The notes: generated from the sequence alone by a model not told the origin. Counted from the first letter of the stretch, positions 19,421 through 31,660 are shown. The stretch: DNA of 64,000 nt from Armatimonadota bacterium (GCA_016869025.1 VGFA01000001.1:140309-204308), one strand, 5' to 3'. Program-made: numbers and translations.

Positions 19421-19630
19421 ATGACTGGATTCGTACCACCGGCCGTGATCGGCAACGTGGGTCCCCTGGAGATGCTCGTTATCCTCTTGATATTGCTGCT
19501 GCTCTTTGGAGCCAGCCGGCTCGCAGGCCTGGGGGCGGCGGCTGGGAAGACGATAAAGGAGTTCCGCAAGGCGATCCGGGACGTGGAGGACGACGTGAAC
19601 GAAACGAAACCCTCGAAGCCGGATGCCTAG
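19421..19630 (+). CDS. tatA: Sec-independent translocase TatA/E
   Basis: It has the TatA hinge and amphipathic helix (GPLEMLVILLILLLLFGASRLAGLG...IKEFRKA). A GGAGG ribosome-binding site lies upstream. Confidence 0.9.
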   Translation: MTGFVPPAVIGNVGPLEMLVILLILLLLFGASRLAGLGAAAGKTIKEFRKAIRDVEDDVNETKPSKPDA

Positions 19631-19635
19631 ATCAC

Positions 19636-20370
19636 ATGCACGACCGACCGATGACGATCGTGGAGCACTTGGAGGAGCTGCGGCGGCGGCTCCTCATCGC
19701 GTTTGCCGCGCTGGGTGTGGGTGCGGTGATTGGATTCGCCTTTGTGGACCGAGTGCTCGACCTGCTCATCCGCCAGTTGCAGGTATCGCATGTCGTCTTC
19801 TTTGCCCCGGCGGAGGCGCTGTTCATCCGCATCAAGATCGCCCTGCTGCTGGGTGTCTTCGTCGGCCTGCCGGTGATACTGTACCAGCTCTGGGCGTTCA
19901 TCGCCGTGGGGCTCACCAGGACCGAGCGGCGCGCGGTGATGGGACTGCTGCCGCCTTCGCTGGTGCTATTCGGGCTGGGCGCTGCGTTTGGGCTGTTCGT
20001 GATCATGCCCGTGGGCGTCCGGGTCCTGCTCGGGTACCAGACCGAGAGGCTGCAGCCGATGCTGGCGGTTGGGCCGGCCCTCTCGTTCCTTATGGCTTTC
20101 GTGCTGGCGTTCGGGTTCATCTTCCAGCTGCCGATAGTCGTGGTCTTCCTGGCCCGGATGGGCATAGTATCGCCCGCCACGCTGGCGGCGGGCCGCCGGT
20201 ACGCCATAGTCGGCATCGTCGTGCTTTCCGCGGTACTGACGCCTGGGACCGACGTGGTCTCCCAGATGCTCATGGCGGTGCCAACGTACGCGCTCTACGA
20301 AATCAGCATCTGGCTGGCACGATTGGTCGCTCCTCGGCCGGCCTCGAGCGTTCAGGCTTACGTCGAGTAG
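19636..20370 (+). CDS. tatC: Sec-independent translocase TatC
   Basis: 244 aa six-TM protein with the TatC N-terminal EHLEELRRRL motif. Confidence 0.9.
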   Translation: MHDRPMTIVEHLEELRRRLLIAFAALGVGAVIGFAFVDRVLDLLIRQLQVSHVVFFAPAEALFIRIKIALLLGVFVGLPVILYQLWAFIAVGLTRTERRAVMGLLPPSLVLFGLGAAFGLFVIMPVGVRVLLGYQTERLQPMLAVGPALSFLMAFVLAFGFIFQLPIVVVFLARMGIVSPATLAAGRRYAIVGIVVLSAVLTPGTDVVSQMLMAVPTYALYEISIWLARLVAPRPASSVQAYVE

Positions 20371-20379
20371 AGGTGAGCG

Positions 20380-20640
20380 ATGGCCCGTCGCACCCGGAAT
20401 CCCTGGTGGGTCCTGTTCGTAATCATCCTGTTTGGCGGCCTGCTGGGTAGCGTCATCGCCGAGGCGGTGGTCGGCTATCCGGTGCTCGGCTTCCTGGCCC
20501 GCGAGGTCCGCGCCGGCGTTGACCCTCCGGTCACCCTCGACCTGCGAATAATAAGCCTGACCGCGGGCGGGATCGTCCGGCTCAACCTGGCCATGCTGCT
20601 GGGCGTGGTGATCGCGGTCTGGATCTACCGGTTGTTGTAG
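20380..20640 (+). CDS. DUF4321-like small membrane protein
   Basis: 86 aa with two TM segments. It sits between tatC and maf, as in many Firmicutes. Confidence 0.5.
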   Translation: MARRTRNPWWVLFVIILFGGLLGSVIAEAVVGYPVLGFLAREVRAGVDPPVTLDLRIISLTAGGIVRLNLAMLLGVVIAVWIYRLL

Positions 20641-20672
20641 CCCCTCATTCCGGCTGATATACTTGCCCTGAC

Positions 20673-21314
20673 GTGCATATTTCGGCCCCTTTGGGGGACG
20701 GGGTGCCGCCGCTGGTGCTGGCTTCCGCCTCTTCCCGGCGCGCTGAGCTCCTTCGTCAGGTCGGGTGGTCTTTCGAGATCGCCGCAGCGACCCCTGAGGA
20801 GGAGACGCTGGGGGTGATTCCCTCCGGCGCTGACCACCAGGGGTGGACGCTTGACCAGGTGCGGGCGCGCGCTCGAAGGGCCGCGCTGGATAAGGCCAGG
20901 CCTGTCAGCGAAGCACGGCCGGACGCGGTGGTCATCGCTGCCGATACGGTGGTGACGGTGGATGGGATCGTGCTGGGAAAGCCCACGACTGCGGGCGAAG
21001 CCGTGGAGATGCTACATCGCCTCGCGGGCCGCACGCACCACGTGGTCACCGGGGTCGTCGTCGCCCACGGCCGCCGTGGCGTGACGCTGGCCGATGATTC
21101 CACCACGGCAGTGCAGTTCCGGGTGTTGCCGCCGGAGGAGGTCCTCCGGTATGTCGCGTCCGGCGAGCCGATGGATAAGGCGGGGGCGTACGGCATTCAG
21201 GGCCGTGCGGCGCTATTCGTGGAGAAGCTGGAGGGGGACTACTTCGGGGTGGTGGGTCTCCCGCTGGCACGGCTGGCACGCATGCTCGAGACGATCGGCG
21301 TGCGACCGGCCTAG
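20673..21314 (+). CDS. maf: Maf-like nucleoside triphosphate pyrophosphatase (septum formation protein)
   Basis: It has the LVLASASSRRAELL signature. The true start may be the GTG near 20703. Confidence 0.85.
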   Translation: MHISAPLGDGVPPLVLASASSRRAELLRQVGWSFEIAAATPEEETLGVIPSGADHQGWTLDQVRARARRAALDKARPVSEARPDAVVIAADTVVTVDGIVLGKPTTAGEAVEMLHRLAGRTHHVVTGVVVAHGRRGVTLADDSTTAVQFRVLPPEEVLRYVASGEPMDKAGAYGIQGRAALFVEKLEGDYFGVVGLPLARLARMLETIGVRPA

Positions 21315-21399
21315 CTCGGCCAGCCGCTCTGGCCCAGCCCGACGCCTCCTGCGCGGGGGCGAACGGGTATCCCCAAGTGGCGCTGGAACCGGAGCGTTG

Positions 21400-22098
21400 A
21401 TGGTGGTGGCTGGCGGGCTGTCCGTCAAACTGCTTCCCCTAGAAGACAGACCCAGGGAACGCCTCCTGCGCGATGGCGCCGCAGGGCTATCCTCCGTGGA
21501 CCTGTTGACGGTGCTGCTGCGGACCGGCACCCGTACCCTTGGGGCGGCCGAGGTCGCGGCCGAGCTGCTTGTGTCCTACGGCTCACTCCAGGCCCTAAGC
21601 CAGGCAGGGCCGGACGAACTGCTTCGGCGGTGCGGGATAGGTCCGGCCAAGGCCGGGGCAGTGCTCGCGGCGTTCGAGTTGGGGCGGCGGGTTCAGGTTG
21701 CGCCGGCGGCGCGCCGGCCGTTGATCAGGGCGCCGGGTGACGTTGCGGCGCTGCTGGCCGGGCAGATGCGGCACCTGGACCGCGAGCACTTCCGGGCAGT
21801 GATGCTCAACACCCGGCACGAGGTGCTGGACGTTACCAACGTGGCCGTTGGAGGGCTGGACAGCGCGCCCATCCACCCGCGGGAGGTCTTCAAGGAGGCG
21901 ATCAGGCGGAGCGCTGCCGCGGTCATCCTTGTGCACAACCACCCTTCGGGCACGCCGGAGCCCAGCGGAGATGACCTGCGTATAACCGCCCGTCTGCAGG
22001 AGGCCGGGCGCGTGGTGGGCATTGAAGTGCTCGACCATGTCATCATCGGTGATGGACGCTTTGTGAGTTTGAGGGAACGCGGCGCGCTGGCGGGCTGA
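21400..22098 (+). CDS. radC: RadC-like JAB-domain protein (UPF0758)
   Basis: It has the JAMM motif [14 protein letters not shown] and the N-terminal HhH region. Confidence 0.85.
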   Translation: MVVAGGLSVKLLPLEDRPRERLLRDGAAGLSSVDLLTVLLRTGTRTLGAAEVAAELLVSYGSLQALSQAGPDELLRRCGIGPAKAGAVLAAFELGRRVQVAPAARRPLIRAPGDVAALLAGQMRHLDREHFRAVMLNTRHEVLDVTNVAVGGLDSAPIHPREVFKEAIRRSAAAVILVHNHPSGTPEPSGDDLRITARLQEAGRVVGIEVLDHVIIGDGRFVSLRERGALAG

Positions 22099-22120
22099 CG
22101 CCCGCGCCCTGGAGGCTGAG

Positions 22121-23158
22121 ATGATATTGGACAGGTTGCTGGCGCAGTTTGGGCGCGACATGGGGGTGGATCTGGGCACGGCCAACACACTGGTCTATGC
22201 ACGAGGGGCAGGCATAGTCCTGCGCGAGCCTTCGGTGGTCGCAAAGCGCCTCGACGACGGCCAGATCCTGGCGGTGGGCGAGGAAGCCAAGCGGATGATC
22301 GGCCGCACGCCCGGGGACATAGTCGCCACGCGGCCGCTGCGTGACGGCGTGATTGCCGACTTCGACACGACCGCTGCGATGCTTTCCTATTTTCTCCGCC
22401 GCGCTTCGAACGGCCGGATGTGGATCCGGCCGCGCGTCGTGGTGGGCATCCCATCGGGCTGCACCGAGGTCGAGAAGAGGGCGGTTGTTGACGCAACGCT
22501 GCAGTCGGGCGCCCGAAACGCATACCTCATCGAGGAACCCATGGCAGCTGCGATCGGCGCCGGGCTGCCGGTTTCGGATCCGATCGGCAGCATGGTGGTG
22601 GACATCGGCGGAGGCACGACCGAGGTGGCGGTCATCGCGTTGGGCGGAATCGTGGCCAGCAGGTCCATCCGCATCGCAGGCGACGAACTGGACGAGGCGA
22701 TCATCCAGTACGCCCGCCGCTCGTACAACCTGCTCATAGGCGAGCGATCGGCGGAGGGGATCAAGATCGCGGTGGGGTCAGCGTTTCCCGGCCGCGATGA
22801 GAATGCCGTGGACGTGCGTGGCCGCGACCTGGTCTCGGGCCTGCCGCGTACGGTGCGCATGACCAGTGGGGAGGTCCGCGAGGCGATAGCCGAGCCGGTA
22901 CAGGCGATCGTTGACGCGGTGAAGCAGACGCTGGAGCGCACGCCTCCGGAGCTGGCGGCCGACATCGTGGACCGCGGAATCATCTTGGTTGGCGGCGGCG
23001 CCCTGCTGCGCGGGATGGACCGCTTGCTGGCGGAAGAGACCGGCATGCCGGTTTCGCTCACGGAAGACCCGCTGGCGGCCGTGGTCATGGGGGCCGGGAA
23101 AGTCCTCGAAGAGATTGAGATCTTGCAGAAGGTGCTGGTCGCGTCCAAGCGCGGATAG
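22121..23158 (+). CDS. mreB: Rod shape-determining protein MreB
   Basis: It has an actin-like ATPase fold (GIDLGTANT...) and is 345 aa long. Confidence 0.95.
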   Translation: MILDRLLAQFGRDMGVDLGTANTLVYARGAGIVLREPSVVAKRLDDGQILAVGEEAKRMIGRTPGDIVATRPLRDGVIADFDTTAAMLSYFLRRASNGRMWIRPRVVVGIPSGCTEVEKRAVVDATLQSGARNAYLIEEPMAAAIGAGLPVSDPIGSMVVDIGGGTTEVAVIALGGIVASRSIRIAGDELDEAIIQYARRSYNLLIGERSAEGIKIAVGSAFPGRDENAVDVRGRDLVSGLPRTVRMTSGEVREAIAEPVQAIVDAVKQTLERTPPELAADIVDRGIILVGGGALLRGMDRLLAEETGMPVSLTEDPLAAVVMGAGKVLEEIEILQKVLVASKRG

Positions 23159-23194
23159 CAGCGCTGGCGCACCATGGGACCGAGTGTCGCCTAG

Positions 23195-24010
23195 GTGAGA
23201 CGGCGGATCGTGGTTGTGGCGGTGTTGGCGGCCGCAGCGCTTGCGCTGCTGACGTTTCAGGTGCGCCTGCCCGAACGCCGAGCGCTGGGGCCGGTCGGCT
23301 CCTTCCTGCTGGCGTGGCTGGGGCCTGCCCAGGGCGTGCTCTCGCGCGTGGGCGATGCCGGGACGCGGTTCTGGCGCCTCTACTCCGAGATCGGGCGATT
23401 GCGCGTCGAGAACACGCGCCTGCGCGAAGAGATCGAACGCCTCTCCGACGAGACGGTCCGGTTGCGGGAACAGGCCCAGGCGACGCAACGCCTGGAGCGG
23501 CTCCTTGAATTCAGGCGCCAGGTTCCAGGCCGTGCGATCGGCGCGCGGGTGATTGGACGGGGCGGCGCGCAATGGTTTGCGGTGATCCTGGTGGATCGCG
23601 GCGCCAGGGACGGCGTGCGGCGCAACGACACCGTGGTGGGTGCCGGTGGTCTGGTAGGCCGCATCCTGGACGTTGCCCACTCGACGGCGCAGGTGCTGCT
23701 GATAACCGACTCGCGCAGCTCCGTGGGAGTCGTGCTCCAGCAGTCGCGCGAGTCGGGCGTCGTGGAAGGTCAGGGTGGGCCGCTGCTGCGCGTGAAGTAC
23801 CTGTCGCGGGCGCGCGAGATAGCGATAGGTGAGGCCGTGCTGACATCGGGCCATGCCGGCGTGTTTCCCCGCGGCCTGCCGGTGGGAACGATCTCATCGT
23901 TCGTGCGCGAGCAGGGTGCCCTGTATCAGGAGGCAATCGTCCGTCCCGCCGCAGGCCTGGTCCACATCGAAGAGGTACTGATTCTAGTCGGGAGCCCTCC
24001 CGGGCCGTGA
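23195..24010 (+). CDS. mreC: Rod shape-determining protein MreC
   Basis: It has an N-terminal TM segment, a coiled coil (ENTRLREEIERL) and a beta domain. Its position is consistent with mreC. Confidence 0.85.
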   Translation: MRRRIVVVAVLAAAALALLTFQVRLPERRALGPVGSFLLAWLGPAQGVLSRVGDAGTRFWRLYSEIGRLRVENTRLREEIERLSDETVRLREQAQATQRLERLLEFRRQVPGRAIGARVIGRGGAQWFAVILVDRGARDGVRRNDTVVGAGGLVGRILDVAHSTAQVLLITDSRSSVGVVLQQSRESGVVEGQGGPLLRVKYLSRAREIAIGEAVLTSGHAGVFPRGLPVGTISSFVREQGALYQEAIVRPAAGLVHIEEVLILVGSPPGP

Positions 24011-24537
24011 CGCTGCTGAGGATCGTGCTCTTCGCTGGCCTGCTTGCAGCAGGTGCGGTTGTTGACGGCGCCTGGCTGTCCCGGCTGCCCGGGTGGGCCT
24101 CACCCGACCTGCTGCTCCTGGTCGCCGTGGCCTTCGGCCTGCGGCGGGGGGTGGAGGCCGGAGCGCTGGCCGGCGCCGTGGCCGGGTACCTCCGGGATGT
24201 GACCGGCGGCGGCCCGCTTGGGGTTTTCGCCCTCTCCTACCTGGCGGTCGGCACTGCGGCCGGAGCGCTGGCAGCCCTGGTGGATCTGGGGCAGAGGTAC
24301 CTGTATGCCGCTGCTGCGGCGCTCGCCACGGTGGGGCTCTCGCTTGTGAGTGGCCTGGCGGTGACCGTTACCGGCCTCATGACAGTTGATTGGCCCCTGC
24401 TTCTGCGGGAGGCGGCCGCTGCTGCAGCGGTCAACGCGCTCTTTGCCCGGCCCGTTGCCGCGGCTGTGGCGTGGGCCGAGAGTTCTTCCCGCAGGCGCGA
24501 TTCGACGAAGATCGTGGCTCGAAGGGCGTTGCGGTGA
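24007..24537 (+). CDS. mreD: Rod shape-determining protein MreD
   Basis: 176 aa polytopic membrane protein overlapping the mreC stop. Confidence 0.7.
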   Translation: MTLLRIVLFAGLLAAGAVVDGAWLSRLPGWASPDLLLLVAVAFGLRRGVEAGALAGAVAGYLRDVTGGGPLGVFALSYLAVGTAAGALAALVDLGQRYLYAAAAALATVGLSLVSGLAVTVTGLMTVDWPLLLREAAAAAAVNALFARPVAAAVAWAESSSRRRDSTKIVARRALR

Positions 24538-24539
24538 AC

Positions 24540-26306
24540 ATGGAGGGCGCGCCCTGGAGCCCGCGCGTCGCCCGGCTGGGCCTGATAATCCTGCTGGTGT
24601 TCGCGCTGATCGAAGGGCGCCTCTGGTCTATGCAGGCCATTGACGGAGGCCGCTACCTCGAGCTGTCCGAGCAGAACCGGCTGCGCGACTACAAGGTTCC
24701 GGCGCCGCGCGGCGTCATCTACGATCGGCGCGGTCACCCGATGGTGACCAACCGGCCGGCGTTCACAGTGGGCGTGCTGCCGATGGAGGTGTCCAACCCG
24801 CAGGGACTGGCCACTTTGCTCGCTCCCATGCTGGGGGTCGAGCGCGACGAGATGCTGGCCCGGCTGGAAGCCGGCCGCGTCCGCCCGTTTGAGCCCGTGG
24901 CCCTGCGCCGAGACGTGCCGAAGAGCGCTGTGATGACGGTCGAGGAACGCCGGCTCGACCTCCCTGGCGTGATCGTGCAGGCAGAGCCGGTCCGTGAGTA
25001 CCTTCTGGGGGGGCTGGGAACGCATGCCCTCGGCTACCTGGGCGAGATCACCGAGGAGGAGCTCCGATCCAGGCCGCAATACAGGGCCGGCGACCTGATC
25101 GGCAAGTCCGGAGTAGAGCGCACCTACGACACGCATCTGCGGGGCGAGAACGGCCGGTTGCGCGTAGAGGTGGATGCCGCCGGGCGGCCGGTGCGAGTGC
25201 TGAGCCGCAAGTCGTCCCGTCCCGGCCACTCCCTCGTGCTGAACATTGACGCGAACCTCCAGGAGATCGCCGAAAAGGGCCTGCGCGGGCGTACAGGTGC
25301 CGTTGTGGTGATGGATCCCCGGAACGGCGAGGTGCTGGCGCTGGCCAGCGCTCCCACGTTCGACCCCGGCCTGTTCTCCGGAGGGATCAGTCCGGCCGAC
25401 TGGCGGCGATTGACCTCGGACCGGCGACTCCCGTTGATGAACCGGTCGGTCGAGTCCACCTACGAGCCCGGGTCGGTCTTCAAGATGGTCACCGGGCTCG
25501 CCGCGCTCGGCGAAGGTGTGGCGCGGCGCGACAGCCGGTTTGAGTGCACGGGATCGCTCCAGCTCGGCCGCTGGGTCTTTCGGGACCTGGTGGCGCACGG
25601 CACGGTCAACTTCATCAAGGGCACCGCGGTATCGTGCAACGTGATGTTCTGGCAGTTGGGCCGTGCGCTGGGAGAGGCCAGGTTGGAGCACTATGCCAGG
25701 GCCCTGGGACTTGGCCGGGTCACGGGCATTGACCTTCCGGGCGAGGCCACAGGTCTTGTTCCGTCGGCCGCGTGGAAGCAGCGTGTCTGGAAGGAACCCT
25801 GGTACCCTGGCGACACGCTCAACATGAGCATCGGCCAGGGGTTTGTCCTGACCACGCCCGTGCAGATTGCCCGCATGGTGGGCGCGGTGGCGACCGGAGG
25901 GAAGCTGGCTCGACCGCACCTGGCGCGCCGGGTGCTGTCGCCGGACGGCACCGAGGTGATGGCGTTTGGCCGGGAGATCGAGGACGCGCCGCTGACCCTG
26001 ACACCGGCGGCAGTGCACGCGATGCGCGAGGGGATGCGCGCTGTGGTTGAGGGCGGCACCGGTGCCGCGGCTGCGGTGCCGGGCATGACGATCGCCGGTA
26101 AGACCGGTAGCGCCGAGAATCCCAGGGGCATCCCGCATGCGTGGTTCGCGGGTTACGCGCCGGTGGAAGACCCGGCGCTGGTCGTGGTCGTCTTCGTAGA
26201 GCACGGCCGCCGGGGCGGTGAGGTGGCCGCGCCGATCGCACGCGCGCTTTTCGAGGCGGCACGGCCGCTCCTGGTGCCGCATCCGGAAGGCCTGGTGCGT
26301 CCGTGA
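24540..26306 (+). CDS. mrdA: Penicillin-binding protein 2 (elongasome transpeptidase)
   Basis: It has the transpeptidase motifs STYEPGSVFK (SxxK), SCN, and KTGS. An N-terminal TM segment is present. Confidence 0.9.
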   Translation: MEGAPWSPRVARLGLIILLVFALIEGRLWSMQAIDGGRYLELSEQNRLRDYKVPAPRGVIYDRRGHPMVTNRPAFTVGVLPMEVSNPQGLATLLAPMLGVERDEMLARLEAGRVRPFEPVALRRDVPKSAVMTVEERRLDLPGVIVQAEPVREYLLGGLGTHALGYLGEITEEELRSRPQYRAGDLIGKSGVERTYDTHLRGENGRLRVEVDAAGRPVRVLSRKSSRPGHSLVLNIDANLQEIAEKGLRGRTGAVVVMDPRNGEVLALASAPTFDPGLFSGGISPADWRRLTSDRRLPLMNRSVESTYEPGSVFKMVTGLAALGEGVARRDSRFECTGSLQLGRWVFRDLVAHGTVNFIKGTAVSCNVMFWQLGRALGEARLEHYARALGLGRVTGIDLPGEATGLVPSAAWKQRVWKEPWYPGDTLNMSIGQGFVLTTPVQIARMVGAVATGGKLARPHLARRVLSPDGTEVMAFGREIEDAPLTLTPAAVHAMREGMRAVVEGGTGAAAAVPGMTIAGKTGSAENPRGIPHAWFAGYAPVEDPALVVVVFVEHGRRGGEVAAPIARALFEAARPLLVPHPEGLVRP

Positions 26307-27397
26307 GGGCACGCTGGCTCCGCGAGGTGGACTGGGTGCTGATCTCCTCCACGGTCCTGCTCGCGGCCTTCGGGGTCGTGGCGCTGATTTCCGCGCGTGG
26401 GGGCTCCGCCGAGGCGGCATCGTCCTTCCTGCGCGCCCGCGCGCTGCACCTGGCGCTTGGAGCCCTGGTGATGGTTGCCCTGGCGGCGACGGACTACCGC
26501 CAGCTCGCCGGCCCGTGGCAGGTGATCTACGCGGGCACTTTGCTTCTGCTTGCCTCGGTGCTGGTCCTCGGAGACACGCGAATGGGGGCGCAACGGTGGA
26601 TCGCGCTCGGGGCGTTCGGTGGCTTTCAGCCGTCGGAGATCGCCAAGCTCGCCCTCGTGATCACGATTGCCCGGCACCTGGAGGGTGTGAAGTCCCTGCC
26701 CCGCCTGCGTTCGCTCTTCCCGTTTGCACTGCACATCGCCGTTCCGGCTGCGCTCATCGTTCGACAGCCCGACCTGGGCACAGCGCTCGTGCTGCTCGCC
26801 GTGCTGGCGGCCGTGCTGTACGTTGCCGGCGCGCGGGCGCAGGATCTGGCAGGGGTCGCTGCCGCCGGTGCCATAGCCGCCCCGTTCTTGTGGAGGCTGC
26901 TCCACGACTACCAGCGCCGGAGGCTGTCGGCGTTCCTGGATCCGGGTGCGGACCCACTGGGTGCAGGGTACGCGCTGATACAGTCCAAGATCGCCGTCGG
27001 GTCTGGACAGATCTTCGGCAAGGGGCTCTTTGCCGGCACCCAGAGCGTGCTGCGGTTCATACCAGAGCAGCACACCGATTTCGTGTTCACGGTGGTTGGG
27101 GAGGAACTAGGCCTGGCCGGTGCCACCCTGCTGCTCGGGCTTTACCTCGTGTGGTTGTGGCGCGCGCTCCGCATCGCGGAAGGCGCGCGCGACCGCCTTG
27201 GAGCCCTCGTGGCCACCGGCATCGCCGCGATGGTCGCGTTTCACGTTGTGGTCAACGTGGGAATGACGGTGGGGCTGATGCCCGTGACCGGCATTCCACT
27301 ACCGCTGGTGAGTCATGGAGGCACGGCGATAATCACAACTCTTGCCGGAACAGGGATGCTGCTCAGCATCCACCTGCGCCGGCGCCCGGGAAGCTGA
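26303..27397 (+). CDS. rodA: Peptidoglycan glycosyltransferase RodA (SEDS family)
   Basis: 364 aa protein of the FtsW/RodA/SpoVE family. It lies downstream of mrdA with an ATGA overlap. Confidence 0.9.
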   Translation: MRARWLREVDWVLISSTVLLAAFGVVALISARGGSAEAASSFLRARALHLALGALVMVALAATDYRQLAGPWQVIYAGTLLLLASVLVLGDTRMGAQRWIALGAFGGFQPSEIAKLALVITIARHLEGVKSLPRLRSLFPFALHIAVPAALIVRQPDLGTALVLLAVLAAVLYVAGARAQDLAGVAAAGAIAAPFLWRLLHDYQRRRLSAFLDPGADPLGAGYALIQSKIAVGSGQIFGKGLFAGTQSVLRFIPEQHTDFVFTVVGEELGLAGATLLLGLYLVWLWRALRIAEGARDRLGALVATGIAAMVAFHVVVNVGMTVGLMPVTGIPLPLVSHGGTAIITTLAGTGMLLSIHLRRRPGS

Positions 27398-27435
27398 CAG
27401 GGGAGGCGGGCCCGGGAGAACAAGGAGCTGGAATC

Positions 27436-29115
27436 ATGGAAAGAGAGATAATCGCCAGCATCGAAGCAGGCGAGACGCGCGTGGCCGTCCTGGAGGACGG
27501 TACGCTCGTCAACCTGTTCGTTGAACGGTCAGAGCCCGTGGCCGGCAATATCTACAAGGGCCGGGTTACCAACGTCCTGCCTGGGATGGACGCGGCGTTC
27601 GTGGACATCGGCCTCGAGCGCAACGCCTTCCTCCACGTGGCCGACATCCGGTCTCAGCGGCTCGACGGCGAGGAGATCGAGGAGTCAATCGGCCGCGGCG
27701 CGATCGCCGAGCGGCTGCGCCCGGGCCAGGAGATCCTGGTTCAGGTCACCAAGGAGCCGATGGGGTCGAAGGGCGCGCGGGTCACGACATACGTGGCCCT
27801 GCCGGCCCACTACCTGGTGCTCATGCCGACCGTCAACTACGTGGGTGTGAGCCGGCGCATCACCGGTGAGGCCGAGCGCAAGCGTCTGCGCCAGATCGCC
27901 GAACGGGTGCGGCCCGAGAAGATGGGCATCATTGTGCGCACCGCGGCCGAGGGAGTTGAGGAGAAGGTCCTCGCCGACGACGTTGCGTTCCTGCGTCAGA
28001 TGTGGAACCGGGTGCTCGAACGCGCGCGTGCCGGCAAGGCGCCGGCGCCCGTGTACCAGGACCTGCGCCTGATCCGGCGCGTCGTGCGCGACCTATTCAC
28101 CGAGGACGTGGATCGGTTCGTGGTGGACTCGCCGGAGGAGTACGGCAGGATCGCGGACCTGCTTTCCTCGTTTGCCCCGCAGCTTCGGTCCCGGCTTGTG
28201 CTCCACCGCGACGATGAGCCGATCTTCGAGCGCCGGGGGATCGAGCGCGAGATAGACCGCGCTCTGCGCCGCCGGGTCTGGCTGAAGTCGGGCGGGTACG
28301 TTGTGATAGACCGGACCGAGGCGTTGACCGTCATTGACGTGAACACCGGCAAGTACGTGGGCAAGACCGACCTGACCACCACGATACTGCGCACGAACCT
28401 GGAGGCCGTCGGTGAGGTCGTGCGCCAGATCTCGCTGCGGGATATCGGCGGCATCATCCTGGTGGACTTCATTGACATGGAGAAGGTGGATCACCGCAAG
28501 CGGGTCCTGGACGCGCTGGAGGAGGCCGTGAAACGTGACCGGTCCAAGGCCCATGTGATTGACCTGACCGGCCTGGGCCTGGTTGAGATCACCCGCAAGC
28601 GCGTCTACCAGGACCTGGATGAGATTATGCGCACCCCGTGCCCGTACTGCGAGGGCCGCGGCCGGGTGCTCTCTCCGGAGACGATGGCGGTTCGGGTGCG
28701 GCGCGAGGCAAGCAGGCTGGTCCGGGGCACTAAGGCACCAGCGGTGCTCATCGAGGTACACCCCCAGGTGGCCGGCGCGCTGCTCCGGGACGGTGCCGGC
28801 TGGGTGCGATCGCTGGAGGAGGCCTCGGGCAGGCGCGTGCGAATACGCGGCAGGGAAGGGCTGCACCTGGAGCGCCTGAACGTTGCCGAGGGCGAGAGCC
28901 TGAAGGAGCTGGAGGCGGCGACTCCCGAGGGCGGCAAGCGCGTCCAGTTCTGGACGGACCGGGGTTCCGACGAGGTTCTCTCGCTTGCGGAACCGGACCC
29001 GGACTACGAGATGGCCCTGGCGCTGGCCGGGGAGCCGCGGCAGGGGGCCGGGAGGAAGGGAGTCGTCGCGCGGGTGCTGGGGGTGCTGCGGGGCAGGCGC
29101 GAGCGGGCGAATTGA
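27436..29115 (+). CDS. rng: Ribonuclease G/E family endoribonuclease
   Basis: It has an S1 domain (NIYKGRVTNVLPGMDAAFVDIG) and an RNase E/G catalytic core. The in-frame upstream 400 codons in the ORF track overlap rodA and are rejected. Confidence 0.9.
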   Translation: MEREIIASIEAGETRVAVLEDGTLVNLFVERSEPVAGNIYKGRVTNVLPGMDAAFVDIGLERNAFLHVADIRSQRLDGEEIEESIGRGAIAERLRPGQEILVQVTKEPMGSKGARVTTYVALPAHYLVLMPTVNYVGVSRRITGEAERKRLRQIAERVRPEKMGIIVRTAAEGVEEKVLADDVAFLRQMWNRVLERARAGKAPAPVYQDLRLIRRVVRDLFTEDVDRFVVDSPEEYGRIADLLSSFAPQLRSRLVLHRDDEPIFERRGIEREIDRALRRRVWLKSGGYVVIDRTEALTVIDVNTGKYVGKTDLTTTILRTNLEAVGEVVRQISLRDIGGIILVDFIDMEKVDHRKRVLDALEEAVKRDRSKAHVIDLTGLGLVEITRKRVYQDLDEIMRTPCPYCEGRGRVLSPETMAVRVRREASRLVRGTKAPAVLIEVHPQVAGALLRDGAGWVRSLEEASGRRVRIRGREGLHLERLNVAEGESLKELEAATPEGGKRVQFWTDRGSDEVLSLAEPDPDYEMALALAGEPRQGAGRKGVVARVLGVLRGRRERAN

Positions 29116-29141
29116 CCCATTCCGGGCCGCGTGGTAGAATG
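29112..29141 (+). promoter_or_regulatory. Sigma-70-type promoter for rplU-rpmA
   Basis: TTGACC (29112-29117) is separated by 17 nt from TAGAAT (29135-29140), with an upstream TG extended -10 element. Confidence 0.6.
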
Positions 29142-29165
29142 CGTCGGGTTTGGTGGAGGTGGGAT

Positions 29166-29483
29166 GTGTACGCGGTTGTTGACTCTGGAGGCAAGCAGTT
29201 CACGGTCCGCGAGGGCGATCTCGTGCGCGTTGAGCGCATCGCCGGTTCGCCTGGTGACCAGGTAATCCTCGACCGGGTGCTGCTCATCGGTGACGGCGAG
29301 ACGCGGATGGGTACGCCGACGGTAGAGGGCGCTTCGGTGCAGGCACGCGTCGTGCGACAGGCCCGGGCGCGCAAGATCATCGTGATGAAGTACAAGGCCA
29401 AGGCGCACTACCGCCGGAAGACCGGCCACAGGCAGGACTTCACCGAGCTGCGCATTGAGCGCATCGCCGCGCCGGCGGGCTAG
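29166..29483 (+). CDS. rplU: 50S ribosomal protein L21
   Basis: A GTG start gives VYAVVDSGGKQF... (MYAVVxxGGKQ consensus). 105 aa. Confidence 0.9.
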   Translation: MYAVVDSGGKQFTVREGDLVRVERIAGSPGDQVILDRVLLIGDGETRMGTPTVEGASVQARVVRQARARKIIVMKYKAKAHYRRKTGHRQDFTELRIERIAAPAG

Positions 29484-29504
29484 GCAGAACCAGGGGGTAG
29501 GGAG

Positions 29505-29771
29505 ATGGCATCCAAGAAAGGCGTTGGCAGCAGCCGGAACGGCCGTGACTCCAACAGCAAGCGCCTGGGCGTCAAGCGTTTCTCGGGTCAGGCTGTGAGC
29601 GCGGGCAGCATTCTGATCCGGCAGCGCGGCACGAAGGTATTCGCCGGCAACAACGTCGGCCGGGGCCGTGACGACACGCTGTTCTCGCTCATAGACGGCG
29701 TCGTGGCCTTTGAGCGCCGGGGCCGGGACAGCCGGCAGGTTAGCGTCTACCCGGTTGCAGTTGCGGTCTAG
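29505..29771 (+). CDS. rpmA: 50S ribosomal protein L27 (no N-terminal propeptide)
   Basis: It starts [26 protein letters not shown]. There is no prp gene between rplU and rpmA. Confidence 0.95.
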   Translation: MASKKGVGSSRNGRDSNSKRLGVKRFSGQAVSAGSILIRQRGTKVFAGNNVGRGRDDTLFSLIDGVVAFERRGRDSRQVSVYPVAVAV

Positions 29772-29791
29772 CCCAACAGGTGCGCGCTTCT

Positions 29792-31611
<1,820 letters not shown>

Positions 31612-31660
31612 GCCCCGTCCGCGCCGCAAGGCGGCCGCGCCGGAGTCACTGCCCAAGGCC

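Noticed and set aside
26218-27435. In-frame upstream 400 codons of the RNase G ORF
   Set aside because: This part overlaps rodA on another frame and translates to Arg/Gly-rich nonsense. The RNase E/G S1 domain begins at MEREII (27436), which has a GGAG ribosome-binding site.
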